This document shows, in pieces, positions 49,001 through 62,890 of a stretch of 64,000 nt of DNA. The stretch's first letter is position 1; each line of letters opens with the position of its first letter. The notes under the pieces are model-generated. The model saw only the letters and a list, made by a program, of their open reading frames with translations, had not been told where the DNA came from and did not search any database. Origin of the DNA: Sphyrna mokarran (taxonomy: Eukaryota). Made by a program: the position numbers and the translations under genes. The DNA is taken from the NCBI GenBank assembly GCA_024679065.1, contig JAGIQG010000013.1, positions 19,282,001-19,346,000 on the forward strand, read 5' to 3'.

Positions 49001-52000
49001 TAACTGTACAGTTAGTTTAGACCCTGATTCCCCTTTAACTAACTTAATCTTACAGTCCAGAATGTTTAAAACAGAAAGTTAAAGAATTTGCTAAAAAATG
49101 AGTCAAACAGTAATTTTGTGCCGAATAAATAATGTGCTGTACTGCATCAGTTGCTAGATAAATGAATGGCGAACTTTAGATACAGGTCAGGAAAGGATTT
49201 TTGGTTTACATTATTGTTTTGTTGAGAGAAGTGCACCCATGTCCTGGTAGTCAACAGTGAAGACCAAAGCTTCAAATTAAAGCACATAACAATGCAGACA
49301 CAGCTTTCCTGAGGTCCACATGCCTATTTTGGTGTGGAAACCTGAATCGCAAATTGTGATTTTTCATGTCAAAGTTAGAAATGGGTGGAGTAAGCAAGGG
49401 AACAGAATGGGGTGGGAATGAATGTTCACTTGCCTTACCCAGTAACAATGAGATGGAAGAGCTGATTCACACTGGAGTTTATGCATTATAAGGCAGAACA
49501 ATATTTCATTTTGTTGAAGAAATTGATAAATTCATTCTCTTAACGTCTGAGAATCCAGAGTGAAATCCGTTATGAACTGGACACTGAATTGCTCCTCTCT
49601 ATTTTTATATAAAGTACGCATTATAAAGAGGCACAAAATTGCAGTGAAACTTGTATTAGGATTAATGTCTCCACTAATAAAATTGTGCTCACCTACATGA
49701 ATAGAATTTTTTTTTTTTAAAAGGTAGAGAAACAAATGTTGACCTAACCTGAAATAATGCATTTAGATCTATCCAGATTTCTGTATGCTGCATGCTTCAG
49801 AAATCTTATTTTCATCCAAATCCTTCCTTTTACTTTTTCTCGCATGATGGCAATACTTAATGTTGATACATCGTTCGATCTATGACCACAAGCTCATTAT
49901 CTATTACCCCACTCCCCATTTCTCCTGCCCCACAACACTCAACCCTTAAAACTGGCCTTTCTTCAATGTGGTTACTGATGGCTATTTCATTCTGGGACCA
50001 GAGTTGAGGCTCAGTTCTTATGCATACGTGTTTTCATTTTGAGTGATGGGACAGGGCATTGGTGTAGTTACTATCAGGCACTGGAACACGTCATCTCTGA
50101 TGTGCTGGGATAAATAGATTAATATCAAAACACCAGTGATATCAACTGATGCAGCGTAGGATCACAAATCAAAACTGCATCTCAATCATGTAATTCATGA
50201 ACCCACAAAGCCATAATGAAATTCACGTTTCTTTCAAGAATGTTGAATATGGTTAATATGGCCACTATACTATTGATATTTTCTTCTTCATGACAAACCT
50301 TACATATTTTCAAAGTGTCTATATTCATAGAATATTTTCATATAATCCTTACAGTGCAGAAGGAGGCCATGCAGCCCATTGAGCCTGCACCAAGAACAAT
50401 CACACCCAGGTTCTACCCCTGTAACCGAACATACTTACTCTGGTAATCTCCTGACACTAAGGGACAATTTAGCATGAACAATCAACCTAACCCACACATC
50501 TTTGGACTGTGGGAGGAAACCAACGCATCTGGAGGAAACCCATGCAGACATGGAGAGAACATGTAAATTCCTCATGGACAGTCACCAAGGCTGAACTTGA
50601 ACCCTAGCAGCTCAGTTGAAGCCAACTCAACTTCATCGATTGAGGGTGGGAAAAGCAAATTAATCTGACTGTCAAGACTGAAATTCAAAGTGAGATACCT
50701 TAAATAAATTTATAACGGCCATCACAGAAGTTACACTGGAGAAAAGTACATGTGCATTTGGGAAAAAACAAGTTAGAATTCAAAGGCTATCATGTGCAGA
50801 CAACATTCTTTCCTACAGTTCCACCCTTCTGGATTCCATTTTTTGGGGCACAAATCTTAATTACAAAGTCAGCATTTCTTAGAAGTTGAATATGATTGCC
50901 CAAGAGTTTAACATTGCAAACAAAATTTACAATGAATACGACAATTTACCAAGAAATGTACTTCAGATTTTGACCACCCCTCTGTTAGTATCTTATTCTT
51001 GGAGTCAGATCTGGCTTAGGTTTAACATGTACCTAAACCAGACAGCAAGATATATTTGTGCATCATAGACTGTTTAGTTCAGGTAGGAGTACCTAATACA
51101 TGTTCCATTATAACTGTGCCATTATATTTATTACTACCTTTTTTATTGCAAATTCCAGTCACAATCTTCAAAAAGAACAAAACATCTCTGTTGTGAACAG
51201 CATGTACTATTCCTCATGTGCTGCTTATAAAAATTGGATATAATACATACAGTACACCAAATAACCCTGCAAGTTTGTGTGAAAAATAGACTTATTCTCG
51301 TACAATTAATATCTGGCGTTTGTTGGTGTCAAGGATGTTGGGTTAACGACCGTTAATACCCAGGCAACAACTGGTGTTGTATCACTGTGACTACATGGAA
51401 CAGCACAAGACTGTGTTCATGTAGATGCTGATGACTGACCCTCACTTTGAGTCCAAGCTGTTTTCCATTCTGGTAACATGATCTTCAACCAACCAACCAA
51501 CATAAGAAAAATATTTTGCATTTCAAGCTAAGCAGTACTAAAACATCAGTAATTGTAGTTGTTGGTCTGACAGAAGACTTTTGTTTTGTTTCTCTTCTCC
51601 TTTGTGCTGATAATACTTCTGCAACCTGAAATAAGACCTGAATATCTCCTCAGTAATTTGCTGATTTAGTAACCCTACAACCATCATAATAATCATTCAC
51701 TGTAAAAAACACAGCAGTGCAACAGTTGGGACCTAAAAAGCTTTGCAGGATTTCTGCCACTATTAGTGCCTAATTGCTTAAAAAATAAGCAAATTACTTT
51801 ACACATCTTAACAGTATATTGGAAAACAGTCACGTCCAGTAAACCAGCCCCATGCAAGGGCCAGTGAGGTTTAGCAAGAGGAAGCAAAAACAATAGGTGT
51901 CGAGTCATCATGGAAAACAAAAAAAAAACAAGCAAAAAAGATTGTATGCGTGTAACAAAAGGTATCATCTGTACAGAGACAGATTGTGCTATTAAACTCA

Positions 52001-52612
52001 ACTATAGATTAACAGAGATTTCAACTAAATAATGGCGCCATTGAAATAAAATGTCTTAATGTAATGGGCAAATGTAAAGAACTTCGAACTTCAGTAATAT
52101 CTTTTCCTGCCACACCATCTCAGTAATCGGGCAGGAATTCATGATTAAACAGTTTCTGTGAAGCTCAAATCAAAATGTGCTTAAAAAAAGAAAATAAAGA
52201 GAGGTTGACAATATCTAGTCACTAGCACAGTGCATCAGTGTTACTTGAGAAAAGCTAGAAGTTGCAGCAAACTTGAGTAGCTCACACTCTGATCGTGTAG
52301 CGTGCAGCGGCAAGAATTGCCAGTAGGTTTCATGGGCAGTTGCTCTGTGTAACAGCTATTTTTTTTATATAACCAGGCTGTCTTCAGACAGGGAACCAAA
52401 AGCTGGAGAAACTGGTCGAGCCCCATTTACAAGTGTTTAATGCTCAAGCTCTGAGCCTGTCCGAGAGGCTTTGCCGAGCCAGTGTTTCCCAGCTGTCCTG
52501 TGAGGATCCCAGCCACGGAAGGGCGAGACTCCCACAATGCAGTCTATGTCAGGTCAAACTGACCCATCTCCTGTGTTTCTAGACTTTGTAGAGATACAAA
52601 GTAATAATGCAT
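43100..52612 (-). other. BBX: Putative long 3' UTR of BBX
   Basis: About 9.5 kb of AT-rich, nearly repeat-free sequence (one SINE) downstream of the BBX stop. AATAAA on - at 43116-43121. The true end is not determined. Confidence 0.5.
50340..50610 (-). mobile_element. V-SINE, tail type A
   Basis: Tail and core present, head truncated. Confidence 0.8.
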
Positions 52613-52700
52613 TTATTGGTCTGCACAGGAGATAAGTACTGAAGTTTGTGCCATTTCCTTGGGTTGTCCATCATGGTTCAGAGAAACTGCACGCTGGCCT
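52613..52700 (-). CDS. BBX: HMG-box transcription factor BBX, last coding exon
   Basis: (R)GQRAVSLNHDGQPKEMAQTSVLISCADQ* matches the vertebrate BBX C-terminus (...DGQPKEM...VLISCADQ). Acceptor TTTTTCTGCAG|, phase 2. Confidence 0.92.
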
Positions 52701-55217
52701 CTGCAGAAAAACAAAAACAACAATAAGAATCAGTGCTACTCACACTCACACACACACCAACAAGTTACCTTCACTATCCCAAGTTTTCCTGGGGACCTTC
52801 ATAATGTAACAGTGCATGAACTGACAAGTTTTCTGTGTTCAAATAAGATAAATTTGAATGTGCATTAAAATATTGTAAATAGCAGGTTTACTTTGCACCC
52901 AAACTATACCACTAGATGGCATAGCAAATAAAAGCTGTACGAGCACAATTAGGTGTGAAATTAGAATCTGCTTGTTAAATTTTAGACTAGTTTCAATAAA
53001 TCTACTATGCATGCATTCTGCCTCCATTTTTAATCATGTATTATAGAAATCTGACTCACTGTGCCTGCAACAACTCTCTGAAGAAGCTCTGGAAGTCCTA
53101 CTCAGGACTTTCACTATGGCCCTGTAAAAGTTTCCTTTTTAAGGATATATCCTGTTCCCTTTTGAAAGTTAAGGTTACATCTGTTTCCACTACTCCTTCA
53201 GGTTGCAGGTTGTAAGATCTCTCTCAGTTGGATTTTCTCACTGGAGGGCAGGTTTAATTCCGAGACCCAAACCTGATGAGGAACAGGAAGCAGCTGCTAC
53301 TTTCACCGAGTTAGGGATCTTGCTTAAGGGGTGGGCCTGTCTTTTAATAAGAGATGGAAATGGAGGCAGCTCAGTCAAAAGACGGACCATGTTAAACTGA
53401 AAGCTGGAAGGGAGGCCAAGAATCTAGGACACGGTAGGCTGGTGATGCCTATTTTAAAAATTGATGACTTTTTATATAATGAGGCCTGACCTCTCTGCAA
53501 TCTGCAAGCCTCTTCAATTCCAATTCAAACCACTTCTCATATTATTAGCTGATCCTGTCCCCAGCTCTATTGAGCTGCTTTGAATTCCAACAGCTGTAAT
53601 GTTTGACAACCTTGCTAGAAATTAGAAATTTATTAGGAACAGGGTCTCAGGAGTTCATGTCAATGCAAATACCTCAGTAATAGGATTGGGCCTGTTCCAT
53701 AGCTTGCTCCTTCCTTTGCCCTCAAGAAAATGGTGGAAGGCAGAAGTGGAGGCAAACATTCCAATTACTCTCCTCAACGGCCATTTTATCTATTGTCCTA
53801 CTCATTGGGACGGGGAAAATATGGTCTGGTGTCAAAACATTTCTTCTAATCTTCGCTTTGTTGCCAATCATCTTAAATCCATGCCCCACATTTACTTTCT
53901 CTCTTGCCAATGAAAATGGTTTCTTCTCATTACTCCCTCATAGCTTCCCCACCTCAACAATTAATTTTCTCCGTAACTTTCACTGTTCTCAGGAAAACAA
54001 TTCCAGCTTCTCCAGTCTTTCCAAGTAGATCATCATTATATAATCCTTTTCTATTTAAACAGCAAAATGTCAGAAGTAGAGAAGTACAGACAAGAAATAA
54101 TGACAGAAGTAGTCGATAGGAAATGCTCACAGATGCAAGATTTTTAATATATTGTAGAGATGCATTGGTAAGTTTTATGAACTTACCCCTAGGATCAAAG
54201 AATGGAGGCCCATTTTATTGGGTTCCTATCTCCTTTATATCCACCTTGTATTTGTTGGATTTCAGGTGGGTGTGGGTGAGATAGGCAGGGATGATCTTGG
54301 CCTCTTGCTTTGTTTTCTTTGGACCATTGAAACCTGATGCTGCGCCCTTCCCATGGATTCCACCAACAGGAGGGTCAGAAGAGTGCTACTACGCACAAGC
54401 TAAAAATTAGGAGCTGAATTTTTCCGTCCCAGTATTGAGTTAACACGTATCTGGAGGACCAAACAGGAGGTGGGTAGGGCCCATAATTTGACAATTACCA
54501 GGCCATTCTTCCTGGCTGCCATTTTCTTTGTGTCGGGAGAAGTGATGGATTATGATGGCAATGGGGTGGGGAGGGGTATGGGGTGAGGGTGAAGGCTGGA
54601 GGACTTAAAACCCATGGCTAGCTCTGAGCCCATCTCTTCAAGACCAAAGGTGGGCCTTTGAACCTGCCTGCCTCTGCAGCTGCCTCAGAATCTATTTAGG
54701 AAGTCGAAACTCTGACTCCAACCAGGTCACATTTGAATGGGCCAACATTCTGAAGTCTGGAATATAACTTTGGGAAATGCTCCAATTCGATGTTCCTGTT
54801 GCTGACAGGAATACTTGGCACTTCAATATTTCTCAGCAATATTAGGATGTATTTAGAACTATTTCCTGTGGAGAAATTACCAGCCCTCCTGTGCATTTTG
54901 CACAGATTATTTCTGTTCAACACCAGTCACAGTGAGAGGCTGGAAAAGGCATTCCAGATAGTATAAACAAGGTAACCAAAGGAACAGTATTAAATATATT
55001 GCAATACATAGACATTTTAAAAAATACTGATAGGAACATTACAGTGATGAACTAATTTTATTTCATTGAATGGTTTTATTGTAGAATACAACTTTTATCC
55101 AATATTGGTAAGATCTTCGAAATTTGTCAACAATTTCTCTTCCTATAGTTAAAACAAACACTCTGCAGTTAAGACTGATTATTTTACACTGTGCCAATAA
55201 CTTATTAGTCATCTCAC

Positions 55218-55425
55218 CTATGTGCATTCTCCATGGCTGCAACTTCTGCCAAAGCAGCTAAACTGAAAAACGCTGGGATAGCAGATGTTGTTTGCACTTC
55301 TGGCGAAATACTGCATGCCTGTTCAGTTTCTGAACGACTGTAGTTGACTCCACTAACTAAAGTGTTTGTCTTTTGTGGCTGCTTTTTCTTTTCCTGTTTA
55401 CATGGCATCTTCTCCTTGGTCAGAT
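55218..55425 (-). CDS. BBX: BBX coding exon
   Basis: (D)LTKEKMPCK...AIPAFFSLAALAEVAAMENAHR contains the BBX AFFSLAALAEVAAMEN motif. AG/GT boundaries, phases 1 and 2. Confidence 0.92.
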
Positions 55426-55449
55426 CTGCAGTAATTTATAAGCAGTTAG

Positions 55450-55760
55450 AATAGAATCCATACAGTGCAAAAGGAGGCTATTTGGCCCATCAATCCTGCA
55501 CCAACAACAATCCCACCCACAACTCATCCCCATAATCCCACGTATTTACCCTGCTAATCCCCCTGACACTAAGGGGCAATTTAGCACGAACAATCAACAT
55601 AGCCCGCACATTTTTGAACTGTGGGAGGAAACCGGAACACCTGGAGGAAAGCCATGCAGACACGGGGAGAACATGAAAACTCCACACAGAAGACACCAGA
55701 GGCTGGAATTGAACCTGGGTCCCTGGTGCTGTGAGACAGCAGTGCTAACCACTGTGCCAT
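55450..55760 (-). mobile_element. V-SINE, tail type A
   Basis: Full head, core and tail. Confidence 0.85.
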
Positions 55761-56669
55761 CTATAATTCTGAGATAGGGAATTTAGAAAAGACAAAAAAA
55801 TACATAATAATGCCAGCACATTAAAAAATGAATTACTCTCATTGTTTTAGTAATTACTTCTCTCTGTACATTCCCCTTTGACAGACAGTAGATAGCTAAC
55901 TTGGTTTAAGGTCTCTTCCAATGGCAGTGTGCAAGCAACCATCGATACTGACTACAGAAAATACATGCAAGGAGACAGGGTGATTTAGGTACTCATTACT
56001 TATTCTTGTGTACAATGGCTTCACCTCTCACTATTTCCTACACAAGTGGGATCAAGAACTTATTATAGAACAAACACTTAACATAAACCTTCACCCAAGT
56101 TGGATGAATAGTTACATCAAAAAGTATTGTGGCACTGTCTTAAAGTTATTAGGAATGGGCAAAGAGAGGGTGCACCTATGGTGCCGTTCTAACTTCCACT
56201 TTCTGATGCCACTGCCACTGAATTCTGGAGTAGGGTTCAACTTTAAGCATACATTTTATAAAACCCATTTCAGAGTCTCTTGAGTACTTTATAAACTTAA
56301 AAGTGTTGATTTAAATGCATTGAGAAGCAAGTGCGTTTCTTTGGTATTTCAATATGTTAAAAAATCATAAGCACACATACGCAAAGCTTGCCTCTGTGCA
56401 TGACATTAGGTGCAGTACTGCAGACGGCATGGTACTGAATTGGCAATTTGTGGGCTAGCACAAGATCAAATGACTGTGAGAAATATCAGATTGTTGCAAT
56501 AACCCCAATGCTTCATTAATATCCTTCAGGGAAGGAAATCTGTTGCCAGTATTCAATGGTATATACATAACTCTGGTCCACACAATTTAAATGACTTAAG
56601 CCATTCATTTGAATGAACAATCTCTAGGGTAAATTGGGATAGGCAAGAAATGCACCCCTCATTGATATT

Positions 56670-56945
56670 GGGGCAACACAGTGGTTAGCACTGCTGTCTT
56701 ACAGCATCAGGAGCCTGGGTTCAATTCCTGGTTTGGATCACTGTCTGTGTGGAGTTTGCATCTTCCCCCTCCCCCGTGTCTGTGTGGGTTTCCTCTGGGT
56801 GCTCCAATTTCCTTTCCTACAATCTGAAAGACGTACTAGTTAGACGTACTAGTCCGAACAGGTGCCAGACTGTGACGACCCAGGGGAGATTCACAGTAAC
56901 GTTATTGCAGTGTTAATGAAAGCCTTACTTGTGATTAATAAATAA
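56670..56945 (+). mobile_element. V-SINE, tail type B
   Basis: Full head, core and tail. Confidence 0.8.
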
Positions 56946-57357
56946 TCTTTATATCGACAAAAACAAGAAAAAAAAGGATTTGCAGATCATTACTTTAGCT
57001 ACTGATAGGAGATCGACAGCCAAGTTATAATCACAGCTTAAATGTAATGCATGTGTAATACATTCCTGCGTACAAACATACAAAGAAATTCAAAAATTAA
57101 GTTGAATGCCTCATAGGAAACTAAAATGGAAATTGATATTAATGCTTTAATACCATCAAAAATTCATTCAGTATGGAGGTTGTACCATTAAAAAAAAATA
57201 GCAAGTGCATTCATTACAAATCGAAACCCTATTCAACTATTTACCCGAAGTCCATCCTCTGAGAATATTATCTTCCACTTTTAAAAGAATGCACACACAT
57301 GGTTATCTGCATTTTATGACATAAGTAATAACTGGGCTCTCAGCTCCAGCAACATCT

Positions 57358-57485
57358 GGGGCAGGATTTTCTGACTGTGTTCGCCCAAAGATTGTAAAAT
57401 CCTGCCCGAGGTCAAGGACCTTTGAATGGTCCTGTCCTGCTTGTCACAATTCCCGTGGAGGGCGGGATGGGAGGATTCCATTCTT
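57358..57485. mobile_element. Short MITE-like element
   Basis: GGGGCAGGATTTT...AAAATCCTGCCC internal hairpin. Related to 14830-14968. Confidence 0.45.
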
Positions 57486-58175
57486 TCAGTCTGCATACAC
57501 ACAACGAAATGAGAAAATCAGGAAGTTCTTTATGTGTTGTACTGTTCTTTCACAAGCCTTAGCAACTCATTGATCAAGTTGGGATTCAAGTACATGAAAG
57601 ACATACCGCTATGGTACTTACCCACTAGTTAACTCCCAAATATATTGGAGGAGGTTAGGGCACATTCCAATGTAAGTGAATTTTTAATGGTCTTCTAAGA
57701 TTTAAATACTGCCAAGCAACTTAAAAATTTAACTTTACCAGTGTGGAATTCCATTCATTTGAATTTTGTTATTAGAGTTTTTAAGAAATATTTTTAATAT
57801 TTTTCTTCTATTACACTCTCTCAATCCCATCATTTTCTCCCTCTCTTTATTTTCTGTACATGAATTCACATTACATTCAATATTTTCAATTTATGCCTCC
57901 TGGCTTACTGTGGACTTCAATGAGGATTTTCCTATCTGGTTGGTTGAAGAGACTAGAGCCACTGGAGCAGTTGATGTTCCAGAATAAAAGTGGGCACCGT
58001 CTGAACTTAAGTACTGACTAGTTTTCTCTACTCCCCTGTTGAGGGCACAGCCCAGGAAATGACCTCCAAATACCATGAACTGCCACCCAAAAACACTGCA
58101 TAAAATCGGTGGGTAGTGAACAGCGAGCGCTGTTGTTTTGCCACTGACTGCAAAGTCTGGTCACCTTACACCTAC

Positions 58176-58364
58176 CTCCTGCAGGTGACAGACGGCCATC
58201 AGCTGTTCGTATTAAATGTGTTATTTTTGTTTTTCTGGCCTTGCGCTTTTGGCTGCCAACGAGGGGTTCTTGTGTCACGGCTGTTAGTGGACTGCTTGGA
58301 ACTGATGGGGCATGATCCACCTTCTCCGTTTGTTCCTCAGAGTTCGTGTCTTGTGGTACTATGG
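58176..58364 (-). CDS. BBX: BBX coding exon
   Basis: IVPQDTNSEEQTEKVDHAP...EPLVGSQKRKARKTKITHLIRTADGRLSPAG matches BBX. Acceptor TTCTTATATTTCAG|, donor G|GTAGGT, phases 1-1. Confidence 0.92.
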
Positions 58365-59279
58365 CTGAAATATAAGAAACTATTAAGTTAACTTAATGAC
58401 AAGCATTAAACAATAGCATGCTGTGAGTTCATTTAGAGAATATTGTAAAAATCTATTGACTTATTTCCTGTGCTGATACTTATGCCTCCTTAATTGATCT
58501 AACTCTGTCAATTTGCTATTATTGTGAAAGTTCTCTACATTGCTGATAATTTTTACTTGGTATCTCCAATTGAAATAAATAGTTTGATCTAAAAGGTACA
58601 CAATGTGTACACATTAGAATTCAGTTCTTTAACTAAATGTTTTTGAAGCAAATTTGTATCATTCAATTCAATCATTATAAAACATTAATGCTAGGAATTT
58701 GTAGAACTTCTTTTTTCAAGCTTCCAGGCTTATATTAAAATCCTTCTAAATTAATTACGACACACATGCCAGAAACAAAGGATTACCACAGCCTCAAATA
58801 TATAGGATGAGATGGGAATCCACAGATAGTGTGTACAATACCAGTGACCTTGACACAACTGATTTAGAAAAGCACACAGCCACTGCATGTTTAGAACTTC
58901 TTGTACTTTAACTAAAGGATTTTCAGCACCAGATTTAAAAACAGAAGCATATTGGATAATGCAATTGAATCTGACACTCAGCGGTATAAGTACATTCCAA
59001 ATTTCACTAAGATATAGTCAGCAGGTGATCACTTTTATATTTAGGGCTTTACCCAGTGTGAGACTGAGTTGCTGAATAGTTAAATGGGCAGTTATTCAAT
59101 GATTTGCAATAATGCTTTGTGGTAGATTAATGATGTATTTACTGGATTCAAAGGAATACTAGAAATCATTAAATGGTTATCCTAACTGGAGGCTCTGAGA
59201 TGATTAAGGACATTAACTTTCACTCTTTTAGAAATGCACTGTTTCTCTTTGCAGTGGAATCTGCATACTTAAATTCTAC

Positions 59280-59333
59280 CCATAGCGCAGAAGCTAATGG
59301 ATTTTAAACAGCAAATGTTTTTATAATGGATTC
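59280..59333 (-). CDS. BBX: Candidate small BBX exon (GIHYKNICCLKSISFCAM)
   Basis: 54-nt open phase 1-1 segment with TTTCTCCAATGTCAG| and G|GTAGAA, located where a short segment is expected. No clear sequence similarity. Confidence 0.25.
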
Positions 59334-59893
59334 CTGACATTGGAGAAAGTTGACATTTTATTTCATTTTAGAATGGTCTAATTTGGCCCTTATAATCCAT
59401 ATAGGTTTAGGCATCAAATCTCTTAGTATCAATTAGCGGTCAATTAGACTAGGATACTTTTATTGCAGCCATTCATTTAATGGCTGTTCCATTTGGAAGT
59501 TAGTATAACTTATTTCATAGTTATTGTAATTTATGATAATAGTAATAAAAAGAGATTAACCGAATATGATTACCGTAGATTTAATTATATCCAACAGACT
59601 GCAAGGCCACAATATGCAACCTAACAATCTCACTGGAGCACTTAGGACATTATAGACAAATTTACATGCACGCTTTTTTGTATGTGTAACATCCTTTGGG
59701 AACAATTAAAATATTTTATATGCTTATTTCTATCCATGTGTCATTCTATGAACATCTGCAGTTACAGCTCTTATGCACAAGCTAAGCAATGCAATATTTT
59801 CAAAAGGATTCAAGAGCTGAGGCAACTTCTTCCCTTATCCCACTCTCTCCATCAGAGATTCTACTAAATAGCAAAATTAACCTTTATTGGTAC

Positions 59894-59965
59894 CTTTTTC
59901 AGTTAAATGATGTGTGTTCTTTTGGTGTTTACACTTGCTGACTATTTTCTGAGATGGAGATGATC
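59894..59965 (-). CDS. BBX: BBX coding exon
   Basis: (G)SSPSQKIVSKCKHQKNTHHLTEK resembles BBX KIVSKYKHKKEK..PEK. Acceptor TATATTTTTTAG|, donor G|GTACCA, phases 1-1. Confidence 0.8.
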
Positions 59966-60209
59966 CTAAAAAATATAAATAAAAATATATAAAAAAAGAA
60001 AATGTTGGCTTTAACCAAATGGGTTCCTAATGCCAACAGCATAAGGTTATCCCACAATCCGATCTAAATAATGGAAAATGAAAGTATTGATACGCCTTAA
60101 GTCTGGTCCACTGGTCATTTTCAGTGCAAGGACAATATACGTGCAAACTTCCACATTAGAATTAACAGAGGGGGATTATTTGTAAGAACAGTGACAATGG
60201 GCAGGAGGG

Positions 60210-60530
60210 GTGGGAGACATGGTGGCACAATGGTTAGCACTATTGCCTCACAGTGCCAGGGACCCGGGTTCAATTCCAGCCTTGGGTGACTGCCTGTGTG
60301 GAGTCTGCACGTTATCCCTGTGTATGCATGGGTGTCTTCCAGGTGCTCTGGTTTCCTCCCACAGTCCCAAAGTGTGCAGGTTAGATGGACTGGCCATGCT
60401 GAATTGCCCCTTAGCATCAGGGGTGTTAGCAAGATAAATACATGGGATAAATACAATAGGACCTAAGTCGGATTGTGTTCAGTGCAGATTCTACGGGCCA
60501 AGCAGTCTCCTTCTGCACTGTAGAGGCTTT
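60210..60530 (+). mobile_element. V-SINE, tail type A
   Basis: Full head, core and tail. Confidence 0.85.
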
Positions 60531-60635
60531 ACGATTATAACTACCCATTTATTAGACTGAATAGCTCTCAAAAGAGAGGTACAAAATCAAATGCTCCGAT
60601 TACTTCTGACATAAAAGTGAGTCCTCCAGTGCTAC

Positions 60636-60784
60636 CTTTATCACTTTTTTGTTGCTCAGTGGATCCACTCCTGTTCTTTTTCTTTTTCCTTGTCACTGTT
60701 GTGTTCTTGCGGTCAAAAGTTACTGGACTATATTGTGGAAGGCTGTTGAACTTCTTTGCAAATTCCTGGTCTAGATTCCCTAAT
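60636..60784 (-). CDS. BBX: BBX coding exon
   Basis: LGNLDQEFAKKFNSLPQYSPVTFDRKNTTVTRKKKK...SDK contains the BBX KFNSLPQYSPVTFDRK motif. Phases 2 and 1. Confidence 0.93.
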
Positions 60785-61767
60785 CTGGAAGGCAAAGAAG
60801 ATAGTTCTTAAACACATTATTTTCATGTTCTTAATTATCCACAAGCTTTCCAGGTTTCTCCTTCAGTTCCAGGTTAAGCAGGATCTTTGTTGGACAGAGT
60901 AGCCAGCACAGACAGACTGCAGAAGACTGGTGTTTCTAATGTGTTGGTACAGACTCGATGGGCCGAAGGGCCTCATCTGCGCTGTATAATCCGATGAAAC
61001 TGCAAAAGTTGGGAATTTGATGCAAGTTGGAATTTGGTATAGAGGGAGAAGGAGGTGTTTTTTTTTTGCCCCCAGTGTAGTGGTTAATGAAAGCTACTGT
61101 GTATAGTTTTACATTTCGACTTTGACTAGTATTTTAGTGCTTAGTGCAAGGAAGTGTGCAGAAAAAGAGGAATACCTACAAACAAACTGAAAAGTAGATA
61201 GAAATGATCCAGAATAGCTTTGTGTATCTAGACTGCAATATGTAGGAGTTAATGGGTACAGAGACTAAGATGGAGCAGATATCTCTGTCTGAGGCGCACT
61301 GTTATTCAGCTGAAATGCAATTGGTGATGCTTGGACACACAGGAGCAGTAACTGGTTAATTTCTTCAAGTCTTAGATCACAGAGAGATGCAGTTTCATAA
61401 ACGGGGTTGGTGTGACTGATGACATACAATGTAAGAATTACATGTTGTAATTGTGATTTATAACTAGAAAAATGTATATGAAAACTAATAATGCTCATGT
61501 GCAAAAAGTACAAAACCAAGGATTAGAGAGGTTATTCACAGAAGTGAGAAATGTAAGCCGATAAATTCCTGAGGGTTAATTAGCAGTCAACTGCCAATCT
61601 GTGGCAAATTACCTGCGCTTCAATTGTAAAGAGCTTGTCTTATCCAATTCCTGACTCAGACTAGGAGTGGTGTGTCCACAGCTCCAATAGCAAAGTGTAA
61701 AAGGAGCAGAGTGAAAGGAATACACCCTCTTTTTACAGTACTGGGTGATCCTGCGTGGGGAGGGAAT

Positions 61768-61788
61768 GGGGGGGGGGGGGGGGGGGGG
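61768..61788. repeat. Poly-G tract (G21) within a G-rich patch
   Basis: Directly visible homopolymer flanked by further G runs. Confidence 0.9.
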
Positions 61789-62167
61789 TCGGGGGTAATA
61801 GGTATTTTATTGAAGGCAGTATAGGGGATCTCCTGGAGGTTGGGAGTTGGGGGTGCAGCTGTACCACATAATGCTCTGTCTGGATGTCTAATATAGTTAT
61901 CTTGGAGTTAGAAGTGATTTTCTTTTTCTTCTAATTCATTCAGAGTAACTATGAAGCTAAAACTGGCAGAACCATTCAAAGTTAGCAATTTAAATTGTTT
62001 TGTCAGATGGTCCCTGCCCAGTGCAATTATCCAGGGGAAACTAGCTCTTCTGGACAACTGGTGGATAACCCTTATAATGGGAACTCCCAAAAGAGATTCC
62101 CCAGCACATCACTGGGGTATTCCCCCAAATGTGACATTAGGAAGCCCATGACATTATGGTCCAGTAA

Positions 62168-62445
62168 GGGCAGCATGGTGGCACAGTGGTTAACACTGCT
62201 GCCTCACAGCACCAGATATTCAGGTTCAATTCTGGCCTTGGGTGACCATCTCTGTGGATTTTGCGCATTCTTCTGGTATGTGCGTAGGTTTCCTCTGGGT
62301 GCTCTGGTTTCCTCCTGCAATGCTTATTAGGTTGATTGGCCATGCTAAATTGTCCCTTAGTGTCAGGGAGATTAGTAGAGTAAATACATGGGATTGTTCT
62401 CGAAGCAGGTTTGATGACCCGAATGACCTCCTTCTGCACTGTAGT
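62168..62445 (+). mobile_element. V-SINE, tail type A
   Basis: Full head, core and tail. Confidence 0.85.
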
Positions 62446-62890
62446 GATTATATAATAAAGCACTGGCAGAATGTTTCCATCCCTAAACAAAACCTCGATG
62501 TTGTTCAATTATGGAGGAAAACAAATGTTTGTGCATACATTTATATATTCTTGATGGCTGAACGTTCTGAAAAATGAAGTACTCTTTAATAGCCGACATT
62601 TGATCCACACAGTTTAAATATCACATAATATGATGCTATCAGTCACAGTTAAAAGCATACAGACAGAAAGATTGATGGTGTCATGGGTATAATCCTTTCC
62701 TTCAAGGTCCACTGAAAATCAGATGTCAGTGATAAGTCCATTTTATAATCATACAGTTTGCAAAACAGACACAAAAGATGGTTCGGCACACAAATCCATT
62801 AGCTAATCACGACTCAGTGGCAGACAAGCTGCCAGATTAAATTGCCAACGTAAATGGCGAGGAAAGCAGGAAAAGCCACTGATTACTTAC

